A stretch of 64,000 bases of DNA from Callorhinchus milii (lineage: Eukaryota). Location: NCBI RefSeq assembly GCF_018977255.1, contig NW_024704742.1, positions 123,382,001 through 123,446,000 on the forward strand, in the 5' to 3' direction. Both the position numbers and the translations under genes were made by a program. Of this stretch, positions 28,901 through 37,600 are shown piece after piece. A model generated the notes under the pieces. The model searched no databases, was not told the origin of the DNA, and saw nothing but the letters and a program-made list of their open reading frames with translations. Positions within the stretch are counted from its first letter, which is position 1. Each line of letters begins with the position of its first letter.

Positions 28901-29706
28901 ATAGAAAGAATATATTAGTCATAATTCACTCGATTAAAACCCGGGCTGAAGGAGCATAGATATGATGAGAGGCTGGGTAAACTCAGATTATATTCCTTAA
29001 AGCAGAGAAGGTTAAGGGATGATTTGATTGAGGCATTTAAAATAATAAAAGGAATTGACAGGCTAGATAGTGGTTTCATAATCCAACCTCATAAATTAAC
29101 CCAATCCTTCTGTCTAATAGAGAGGGTCTAGCCTTAAATAATAACTAAAACTGAGTTACGGTTGAATTAATAGGGATATTTAAAAGAGAAACATAGTTAT
29201 TTGGGTAGTAGAGGTATTAAGAGATATGGTGACCAAGCGGGGCATTGGGATTAAATGATATGACAAGAACTAATAAAATGATGGAAAAGGCTTGATGGGC
29301 TGAACGTCCTCCTCCTATCCCTATCCTCCTGTCCGCTGTTCCCATGACTGATTGATAATCACTCAAATGTCAGTGCATTTATCTGCATTTGCTTAAAGTA
29401 TTTGTGATGTGAAAGGCGCTATAGAATTGTAATTTGTTGTTGTTGTCTTGCTTTTTATTTCAGAGCACCTTTAGTCTGAGTCAAGAGCCAGAAAAAGGCG
29501 GAGATGTCACTGTCAGCAATGTCAGTGTCAACACTCTGGAAGAGGAACAGAGCCACAGCTGTGATGCAAGTGACTCAGGAAGGAACTGTTCAAGTCATAT
29601 TGAAGATACAGCTTTAATGGAGAGCAACAATGACCAATTTTCATCAACAAGGGTCTCTGTACGATCAGAGTCCAGTCAGCTACTATTGGGCAATGAAGAA
29701 AACTAG
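1861..29706 (+). CDS. Gene A: gp130/IL31RA-family class I cytokine receptor (IL31RA-like architecture, no Ig D1), spliced CDS of 14 exons, ~651 aa
   Basis: Exons 1861-1924, 8302-8407, 9585-9754, 10878-11035, 11653-11812, 13053-13132, 14224-14434, 19563-19757, 20367-20468, 21090-21242, 24679-24819, 27390-27480, 27989-28070, 29464-29706. All GT-AG, phases consistent, total 1956 nt open. Contains signal peptide, four-Cys CBM, WSEWS, three FNIII, TM and a Box1-like IPDP. Confidence 0.9.
2436..2862. repeat. Unclassified dispersed repeat (second copy at ~30730-31260)
   Basis: Collinear similarity from ggcagga..tggaag..cagaccagtcactgggg through gctgaccaaaaaaa. Confidence 0.8.
4245..7240 (+). mobile_element. 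L2-clade LINE, 5'-truncated ORF2 (APE endonuclease C-half plus reverse transcriptase), one frameshift near 6180
   Basis: GDFN, THxxGxxLDLV and SDH endonuclease motifs; [27 protein letters not shown]-terminal HITPxLxxLHWLP; 3' tail ending in (TTG)n. Confidence 0.95.
6968..7152 (+). repeat. ~46-bp pyrimidine-rich minisatellite, 4 copies, in the L2 3' UTR
   Basis: Unit ccccctcctc(g/t)ctccctcccttccctcccctcaccctgaccattt, repeated. Confidence 0.9.
8302..8407 (+). CDS. Gene A exon, CBM N-domain first half ([23 protein letters not shown]...)
   Basis: PPxKPxNxSC...CxW signature; ccag acceptor and gtgagt donor. Confidence 0.9.
9585..9754 (+). CDS. Gene A exon, CBM N-domain second half (...[10 protein letters not shown]...[10 protein letters not shown]...)
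   Basis: Second Cys pair and a WVEAENxLGK motif as in gp130; phase 2 to phase 1. Confidence 0.9.
10878..11035 (+). CDS. Gene A exon, CBM C-domain first half ([11 protein letters not shown]...LKYDLRYQ...W)
   Basis: KTEPP resembles IL31RA; LKYxLRY FNIII strand; ag/gt boundaries. Confidence 0.9.
11653..11812 (+). CDS. Gene A WSXWS exon ([21 protein letters not shown])
   Basis: WSEWS motif, close to gp130 LKPFTEY..IRCM..GKGYWSDWS; 160 nt. Confidence 0.95.
12629..12943 (+). mobile_element. tRNA-derived DeuSINE-type SINE, short subfamily
   Basis: A box tagctcagtgg and B box gttcaattc head, Deu-like core gctgtgcgcaattggctg, L2-like tail, (TTA)n. Confidence 0.9.
13053..13132 (+). CDS. Gene A FNIII-1 exon a (PSQGPALW...ILIMWK)
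   Basis: PSxxPxxW...WK pattern; ttag acceptor and gtaatt donor. Confidence 0.88.
14224..14434 (+). CDS. Gene A FNIII-1 exon b (DANGIILGY...AFNSAGESP)
   Basis: ANGxILxY and AxNSAGxSP motifs; 211 nt. Confidence 0.92.
15115..15852 (+). mobile_element. Older L2 3' fragment
   Basis: Degraded [23 protein letters not shown]; tail gtgaaaggcgctatataaatgtaattttgttgttg. Confidence 0.85.
16660..17040 (+). mobile_element. tRNA-derived SINE, long subfamily
   Basis: Same head and core plus the internal gcagtaagtaggaacccggttgttagtcgattgg segment. Confidence 0.88.
17450..18275 (+). mobile_element. Young L2 3' fragment nearly identical to 6279-7240
   Basis: Its ORF matches ORF 6232..7005 with only a few substitutions; same tail. 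Confidence 0.95.
19563..19757 (+). CDS. Gene A FNIII-2 exon a (LVVEW...YVIEWC...HW)
   Basis: YVIEWC motif; tag acceptor and gtaagt donor. Confidence 0.92.
20367..20468 (+). CDS. Gene A FNIII-2 exon b ([26 protein letters not shown])
   Basis: Close to gp130 CYLITVTPVYADGPGSPESIKAYLKQ; 102 nt. Confidence 0.92.
21090..21242 (+). CDS. Gene A FNIII-3 exon a ([11 protein letters not shown]...[10 protein letters not shown])
   Basis: GFIxNYTIFY motif; splice sites present. Confidence 0.92.
21304..21662 (+). mobile_element. tRNA-derived SINE, long subfamily
   Basis: Same structure as the copy at 16660. Confidence 0.88.
24679..24819 (+). CDS. Gene A FNIII-3 exon b ([16 protein letters not shown]...FKTLQF)
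   Basis: TLYxVxxMAxTxxGG motif; 141 nt. Confidence 0.92.
24915..25175 (-). mobile_element. Degraded L2 3' ORF fragment
   Basis: FKALHSLAP...LKTFLF remnants on the minus strand. Confidence 0.65.
25508..25762 (-). mobile_element. L2 3' end fragment
   Basis: Reverse complement of [23 protein letters not shown] plus tail and (TTG)n. Confidence 0.88.
25928..26236 (+). mobile_element. tRNA-derived SINE, short subfamily
   Basis: Near-identical to the copy at 12629, with a small deletion in the head. Confidence 0.9.
26699..27055. mobile_element. Degenerate hAT-Ac-like non-autonomous DNA element
   Basis: Inverted ttgcaatcctgg (26705-26716) and ccaggattgcaa (27038-27049); right end reads TAGGGGTTGCAA on the minus strand; repeated subterminal atcc(c/t)gg(g)a motifs. 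Confidence 0.55.
27219..27297. repeat. Short tandem repeat (tttagtacttagtatt) x3
   Basis: Read directly from the sequence. Confidence 0.75.
27390..27480 (+). CDS. Gene A transmembrane exon ([31 protein letters not shown])
   Basis: ~22 hydrophobic residues followed by KHR; GExEAI as in gp130. Confidence 0.9.
27989..28070 (+). CDS. Gene A Box1 exon ([15 protein letters not shown]...), degenerate Box1
   Basis: 82-nt exon, phase 2 to 0, IPDPxxS retained; tttag acceptor and gtaagt donor. Confidence 0.85.
29464..29706 (+). CDS. Gene A terminal coding exon (short tyrosine-free tail with RSESSQLLL)
   Basis: Acceptor tttcag, phase 0, Box2-like VSNVSV, dileucine motif, TAG at 29704-29706. Confidence 0.75.
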   Translation, partial: STFSLSQEPEKGGDVTVSNVSVNTLEEEQSHSCDASDSGRNCSSHIEDTALMESNNDQFSSTRVSVRSESSQLLLGNEEN

Positions 29707-30729
29707 ATTTAGGACGAGAGATGTGGAATTCAAAACCTCTCCAAATACTTGACTGAGAGTATCATTGGAGGGTAAACTATAGGAATAAGAAAAACATTCA
29801 TACTCTTCTTGAGCAGTTAATATATCCACTTGTATAATGAAGCAGTTGACTGACTCAGCATGAACTCCATTTGCTAGAAAGGTGTACCATATGTCCATCA
29901 TCTGTGAAAGGCCATCTAACCTTTAGTTCAATTTTGTGTTTTTTTATTTTTCATTTGAGACTTGTTCCCTCTACTTCTGCTTTCATACGTTCAGTCAAAT
30001 GTCTGGATTGAAGCCTCCCCATAACATTAGGCCACCTGACTAAGGCCCCCCCACTCAGGCTCCCTGGGCTTTCCGCAGGACAGCAAGGCATGGCCGCCAT
30101 AGTCTGTGAGTGAAAATGTTCCTGGCGTGGGGGGGAACTGAGTAAATCTCAGGGTGTCCTCACCTCTGATTGGCCGATGGACCTGTCAGTCAAGCCAATG
30201 GCTCACCTTTAAGACAGGTGCATCCTTCATACTTTCTGCCACCCCAGTTTGTCTCCTCCTGTTCCTTCCCTTGTTTCCCCTACTTGCAAACTTTGGCCCC
30301 CATTTTTCCTCGTCCCTCTCCACCCTCCAAACTGCCCACCCGCCCAACTCTGACTACCATCCCATCTCCAACCTGGTCTTTCTATGGAAAATCCTGGAAC
30401 ATATTGTGACCACACAACTTCACTCACACATTTCCTCCACTCTTGCTGTATCCTATATTTATCTGTCTCTACATCTCAATCATTTCAGTAAGCAATGACA
30501 ATGTACAGCAAATTAAATTAAAAGAGTTCACTATCGTTCAGTTATTCCTTGTTGCAGTTTTCCTAATGGCCCTGCAGGAAGCCCAGGAAACTGATTTGTT
30601 ACAAGTTTTACAGTCTGACTTATCTCTTTGCTTTACCTCTGTATTACTCTTTCTCAGTCACCACTATTCTCCGTTGGGGGGTGCAGGAGGTAAGCGGGAT
30701 CTCCAAAGTGACATAGTAGCCAACAGAAT

Positions 30730-31260
30730 ATCTGAGTTGAGCCAGCCCTCTGTGACGTTCTCGGTAGTCCGGATCCTGATGGGTCAGCAGTATTCCAGAG
30801 CACTGCTGATGACACCACAGCCAGCCTGGCTCATCGGCAGGACCTGGAAGGGCAGACCAGTCACTGGGGCAGGGATTCTTCCCGCTCAGCTCCTGTTAAC
30901 CCTGTATGCCAACCCTAACGGATAAGGTGGTCCGAGCTGGATAAGCAGCAGGAAAGCTTGCCGGACAGCAATATCAGTGGCAAGTTATGCTTTTTTAGCT
31001 GGTTAGACTCCAGCAGTTACTCCAATGCACACTCTGGGGTCCCCAAGCCTTGGTTCTTGCCAATCTGCGCCTAATACTTTCCGGAATTAGATAAGCAGGA
31101 TGAGTCCCTCCAGGGAAAGATTGCACATTCCATTCCAACAATCTATCTCTGGTATTTCTATGTGTATGTGGGATGCATGGAAATCTCACCTTGGTTTGGA
31201 TACTCTTTAGCATGGTGACAGGTTTCCACTTGTGTCAAGACACCCGGCTGACCAAAAAAA
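30730..31260. repeat. Unclassified dispersed repeat, longer copy
   Basis: Matches 2436-2862; its gagccagccctctgtgac also occurs inverted at 10-27. Confidence 0.8.
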
Positions 31261-31579
31261 CAAAAATCGGTTACTATCAATTTCAGTTGCAGCCAACTTC
31301 TCTCCTTTCAAGCCTATTTTGTGGAATGATTTGTTTATGTAAGCACAAATGACTTTCATTCTCCAAGATATAAGGACTGAAATATATCAGTAATCACACC
31401 AGCTTGTTTTCCAATTAAAGAGTATGCTTTTAATTCATTGAATATGATAATATACACATATACATACATACAGACTTTAAAAGGAGGAATTAAAAGAATT
31501 AAACACAATATTTTATAAAATACATATTTTACTGATAATTTTTTTCGCTTGGAAAATGGTATTTTTCTTCACATTGTAG

Positions 31580-31634
31580 AATCAATCAATCAATCAATCA
31601 ATCAGTCAGTCAGTCAGTCAGGTCTCTCTCTCTC
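31580..31634. repeat. Compound microsatellite (ATCA)n(GTCA)n(TC)n
   Basis: Read directly from the sequence. Confidence 0.85.
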
Positions 31635-33954
31635 TTGGTTCCTTGTGTGATATTCCTGACCTGCTATCTTGATGTTCCCCCTCTGGCTTTACCAGATATT
31701 TCAGAAGTCTCTTCCACACCAGAATAAAAATCTTAAAATGATCATTGATACAAGTTTCAGGAAAACATTAATTCAATGCATTAAAGAACTTGGCCATTTT
31801 CTTTGAGAACATCTTAACCTAAACATATTCTCACCTGAGTGTGAGTAATTTGGAAAACAACACATTTCCAAACTTCTCCCAAACATAATCGAACCAATAC
31901 TTTTGACTGGAATCTGAAATGCTACCTCATGCGAAGAGTGTTCTATAAATGCACATGCACACACAGAGTGGCTCAGTGGCTGGGACAAGTTTACAATTTA
32001 AAAAACAAATTACAAACTCTTTTAGCAAAGGAAACAAAACACAATCAGTAGATACATATTTTCGTAAAATCTGTTACACAAAAACCAAGGTAAGGTTCCA
32101 CAGGCTAAGGTTCCAAAGCTGACTTCTACACAGTGTGTCCTTCATAATCAAGGAACATAACCTTGTTCTCATGTTCAAATATATGTAGACGTCACTGCAT
32201 AATAATAATTCTTCACAGTAATTCTCCCTCCTGCTCAGCGAACATAACCGTCCCTGTAACGTGCCTCAAGATGTTCAACCTATGTTAAAGATGCTGTATA
32301 AGTTCAAGTTGTACGTGATAGGAATGTTGGCCAAAATGTTCCATCACTAGACACTAAAATCAATTGTAGGTCTCACACTGTCGCTCCATCTGAGATTGGT
32401 TATCTAAACTCTGACCAGGCATCAAAACCAGGACCTTGCTGGTGCACATCACCCAGCACTGCATTTACCCACTGAGCCATAAAAACATCATTTGCAGGGC
32501 AACCTTGTTATAACACTTTAGGACCTTTTCATTCTAACCTCTCAGATAGTGCATTATAAGACAAGCATGAAAAGATTGCCAACTTCCAGGTGGTCAAGTC
32601 GGTGACCTTTGTTGTCACTTCCTCCTCTTTGTCTGCAAATGCCATTCGCAGGAATGCTGCAAACGGAACTTAATTTGCAAAGCTGATGTCAGTGACGCTT
32701 TCTTCACACAGTGTGAATGGGCTACATGGTCTGGTTGTCTGCAGACACGTTCAGTCTTCTATCCCTTCCCTCCTACCCCATATCCTCTCACCTCCCACTG
32801 CTAGCTCAGGTGATGAGCCATTTTCATTAAACCACTTGGGACATTCTCTAGGTGTGAAAAGCGCTAGATAAATATCAATTTGTATTATATTTTTATGGAA
32901 CAAAAATAAATGGAATTTAACAAATTTCACCCCAGCAGGTGAAATGTTTTTCGGTTTATGACAGTGTTGTTGACAAAATCTGGGACAACTTCTAGTGTCA
33001 TTATGCAAAAAATAAAATCAATTTTCTTCAGAATTAGTATGAAGTGCACAAATATTCCAACACTAAACATTTTAATGTTTCTGCCACTGCTTGCCTTTGT
33101 CTGCTAGATGACCAGGAGACATGATCATAATATTGTTAAGGGCTGTCCTCTCAACCAATGCTTTAAAGGTTTTTCTTTGAAGTATATGCAGAATATATCC
33201 TAAACGCCTTCTGAATTCCATATCCTATTTTGGTCAAATGCTTTGGTGAAATGTTTATCAGTAGTTATCTTAAATCTCGAGATAGGTGATGACCAGCACT
33301 GTTACATGGACCTGCAAGTGTAACATGGGTCTATGTGCTGCCACAAGCAACTCTTTCAGATTCCATTACCAACAGCCTTCTTCAACCAAAATGTCAACTC
33401 TCCATCCCTTTGTGGTAAACAGCAATAACAATAATAACTTAAACTTATACAGCAGCTTTACATGTAAGAAAAGGCTTTTGGTACGTTTTTGAAAGCAGGG
33501 TGAGTGCAAAGCAGAAAGGGATTTAGGTAGAGGGTCGGGGCAAAGTGCATGAAAGCTTGGTAGGGGATGGAGGAATTTAAAAGTCAGAATGAGAATCAGA
33601 ATTAGAAAAATCACATCTGGAGGTGACAAAGGTGCAAATGAGAGTTTTCGGCAGAGTTGGAGGTGAGATAGGGACAGTGATGAAGAATATTGGAGGAAAT
33701 GGAGAAAGAAAGCAAAATTGGTCAGGGACAGGATGAAAGGTTTAAAGGAGAACTGAGGAGAGCAATCACATCATTCAACCTTTATGTGAAAACTTCTGTA
33801 ATACTTTACTTCAATTATTACACAGATGCTCACACCTTTCAGAGTAGCTGCAGCACTAGAATCTCTAGAAACGTTTTGTCTTCACAGTTATGGAATACAA
33901 GTGGTGAGAGATGCTTTGCTTGTGGTTGTGTCACAAACACTGTTTATCTGGCTG

Positions 33955-34620
33955 TTAAGTTAAATTGTTCAGTTCATGTTCCAGCAATTCCAGTGTAATA
34001 TATGACCAGTCTATGTCATCCAGTTGACTGTTCTGTTGCTGGGGATCCAATGATCCAGAGTCTTTGGATATTGCCTTGATTACTTCATGGTTTTCATCAA
34101 AGCTGGGATCTGCTACCAAGCTCTCCAGGCTCTGTAAATTTTGGATTGTGATTGGTTTCATGGAGGACTTAAGATATGGATTTGTTTGAATAATTTCCTG
34201 AAACATATCACTTATTTGAACGTACTGTGGACATCCGTTTCCTGGAGCTGTTTGCCAACAATTTATCCCAGTTTCCTGGTCGTTCCTGCTTCCTTCCAAA
34301 GAATGTGAAAGTAGAGGCTGGTTTGACATTGAGCTGCTGGTGACAGGAGTTTGGCTCTTGTAGCCGTCTTCAAAGATGGTGTACATTACTGTATCCAAAA
34401 TGTCCTGTTCCAGCTGGCCACCACCTCTGATTTTATCATTGGGAGTGCTCTCCTGAGAGGAAGATGTAGTAGATGGACCTTCCATTAGGTGCTGATTCAA
34501 AGCATCATCGTTCCATAAATCGTATTGTTTAGTTTTTGCATGTAGACAGAAGACTTCCAATGTACTGAAGTCAGAGTTGACGACAGTTTCTGGATCCAGT
34601 ATTTTAGGAAATTGATTTTT
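33955..34620 (-). CDS. Gene B terminal cytoplasmic exon (YTIF, YKSQ, SNQPLL, NPYLKS, YITL)
   Basis: Acceptor at 34621-34622, 221 codons open to TAA, includes track ORF 33955..34560. Confidence 0.9.
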   Translation of the reverse strand, partial: KNQFPKILDPETVVNSDFSTLEVFCLHAKTKQYDLWNDDALNQHLMEGPSTTSSSQESTPNDKIRGGGQLEQDILDTVMYTIFEDGYKSQTPVTSSSMSNQPLLSHSLEGSRNDQETGINCWQTAPGNGCPQYVQISDMFQEIIQTNPYLKSSMKPITIQNLQSLESLVADPSFDENHEVIKAISKDSGSLDPQQQNSQLDDIDWSYITLELLEHELNNLT

Positions 34621-37600
34621 CTAATAATAAAAAGGCTAGTTAAATCATGTTTCAGAATATCACCTGCCTCTATCCCTATCTCACCCCCAATACAGCCAAT
34701 ACCCTCATTCTTGCTTTCTTCACCACCAGACTTGAGTTCTCAGATGTTCTCTTCACCGACCTTCCATATTCCATCAATCCATGGGAGCCCATATCCTCTC
34801 CCACAGTAGGTTCCACGTGACCAGCACACCATCCTGACTTCCTGCCCCGCAGCAGATCATTTACATATCATTCCACACCCTTGACCCACCTCTGCAGTCT
34901 CTCCCAGCCCCACTCTCCTACTCAATCCTACTCCACAAACATGAACCTGTTGCAGTCCCTCGGCCCCCTCATTCAAAACCAGCTTGTTGACGTGATGGGA
35001 GAACGATAGTTTGGGTATTCTAGAAGGATGAGATCAGATGGGCCAAAGGGCCTTGATAATCTGAACTAATCTTGTGATCTTGTGCCCACCTAATGAGAAA
35101 TGATCATGGAGAGAGCTTACCTGAAGTTGAGAATCGGGCAGCCAGCCAGCCATACTGCTCTCTGCGGGGTCTGGGACATTAGGCCAGATGACCTTCACAA
35201 TCCTGACAGGATCATGGGAGATTGATATTTAATCATAAATACAATAATCATAGAGAGTGTGGACATTTCATAAACTTTTACCTCATTTATCTTGGCATTT
35301 AAACCGTCCACATCGAAATAATCTCCCAAAAATGTGGAATTAATTGATGACTCATCTCTTTGCTGTTTCTATGATGTCATTGGTGCAAATTTGCAGCTGT
35401 ATTTAGCAGTTAGTTCATTTCTAATTTAATCTTATTCTATAAAGTGCTTCAAGACATTTCTTTTCTGCGATTGTCACTATTTACATGTAAGTGGTTATAT
35501 ATGTTTCTGTGGGGCAGAATGAGAGAATGAAAGAACTCCAATGAAATGGAGCATTAAACTTTAATTCAGGGAATCAAATGCTCCATAGAATTTACTCTCA
35601 AATAGAATGGGGTGATTGGAAAATCAAATGGAATATCTCAGCCACTCACAATGGAAATAGAGCAGTAACTGGCGAGCACGGAGGAGTCCACTGAGGGATA
35701 CTTAAGGGGTGGTGATGACCCCCTGATGTTGGTTATCGGGGGCGGGCAGGGGAAGCTGGGTGTACAGCAGAGGTGTGGGAATGGGATCAAGGGAGCAGGT
35801 GGTGGGTTTCCCAACGTAAATGAGGGATGAGAGGAAGATACGTCCAAAGATGTGGAAGGAGGGAGGATGTTGGAAGTAGAGGTTGGGGGAGGGGTGCTGG
35901 TAGACAGAGGCAGCTGAGTGAATCCGCTCGGAACCAATTAATCTAGAAGATGTTTGGCCGGGACACAGCAAAACTAGCTTTTTTTTAATAATGTCATGAG
36001 ATCTTTAACATCCATCAGAATAAGAGATGAGAATTTAGTTTAATGTCTCATTCAAAAGGAACGCTTCTCCAACAAATTACATGATTCCCGCATTATTTCA
36101 CTGAAGTTTGAAGCCTATTAACCTAGACTGTGATCTCAAGTCCCAGCGTGGGGTTTGATCCCACAACCTTTTGACTCGGAGATGTAATGAGCCAAACGGA
36201 CAACTAAAGTTGCTACAGAGGGCTGTAACTATTATCCTCTGGGTTTGTTGTCCTCCCAGATCAAACTCCTGGTGGAACATGTCAAGCAAAGTATTTTTTN
36301 GGAAAATCCCAAATTTTTCACACTCAATCAGATAGATTGTTACGGAATTGAAAGCAACTGTGAAACAAACTTAAGATTACTTCAATGATTTAAAGATAAC
36401 ATTAGAAGGTGATTTCCCCCCATCAACAAAATGTACTGACTTTAGTATATGCAATTATAATGCGTAAAACACCCGGACCTAGGTTTTGGGGGATTTTCAA
36501 TTGGAAAATAGTGCATAACCTTCTAAAAGAAGTCTGTGAATACCCCCATCACATTTATTTTCTAGCTCCTGAGACACTACCCCAAGTAAAGGGCACCATA
36601 TACATGCAAGAAGTTGTTGCTGTTGGTGCCTCCTTTTGATGGGAATACATGAGTTATTATAATAATATAATCCTTGCATTTGATATAGCGCTTTTCACGT
36701 CTTCTAAACGTCCCAAAGCGCTTCACACAATATACTGTAAAGTGAATTGACTGTATATTTTGTGGGCGAAATTGGCAGCCAATTGGACACAGCAGTATCC
36801 CACAAACAGTCCTGGATTGAGTGACCAAATTATTATTGTTTTTTTTCTTGAGGGATTATTATCAGGTGCGTGGAGTAAGGAAACTTGCCCAAGGTTTCAC
36901 CCTGCTGGGAATCGAACCCAAGTCTCTCGCTTGCGAGACGAGTGCTCTAACCACTGAACTACAGCACTCCTATTACTTGTGACAGGCAGTAATAGTACTA
37001 GTAGACTACCAGAAAAGGTCAATTATCAAGTTATCTCTATGCATTGAGTATTTTATCTGAACAGTTAAATTACATAAACTGCTAACGGTATGCTTAAAAT
37101 TAAATCATACTCACGATTTCTTATAGCAACCAATTAGTAAAATAAATATTATTATGATGCAGAAAAGAGGCACAACGATAGCCACGATATCTTGTATCTC
37201 TGCAAATAAAATGATCCACTGGTTAGTTATTTGAAGAAATCCAGCATAAACCTTTAATGGGAATATTAACATTCAGCTTTTCTGAGGATTCATTAGGTCA
37301 ATGTCAAAACAATATCTCGTTATTAGGCATTTTGTCCAACTTTAAATGCTCTAACTATGGTCTTGCTGGCTTATTAAGCTGCTTTGTATCAATGCCATCA
37401 GAATAATCTAGCCGTGCTTGTGCATACATGTAGGTGGCCTTTTTTTAAACATTATAAAAGCTGTATTACATACATCCTCTTTCCCCTTTCAATCTTGCCC
37501 AAGGTCAGTTCTCATGAGACCAGAATAACATATCTCAGATGCTTTTTTCCACTCAAGGAGTATTTTATGCTTCCATTTCCCCAATGATAACTTTTTCAAC

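Noticed and set aside
1861..29706. Gene A as a pseudogene
   Set aside because: All 14 exons are open with canonical splice sites and conserved Cys/WSXWS. Only the tail is reduced. Expression is unverified.
30160..30215. Inverted CCAAT-like boxes as a promoter
   Set aside because: No associated gene start; short motifs of this kind are expected by chance in repeat-derived DNA.
30443..30925. 160-aa ORF between the two genes
   Set aside because: Non-ATG start, no recognisable domain, and it runs into the dispersed repeat.
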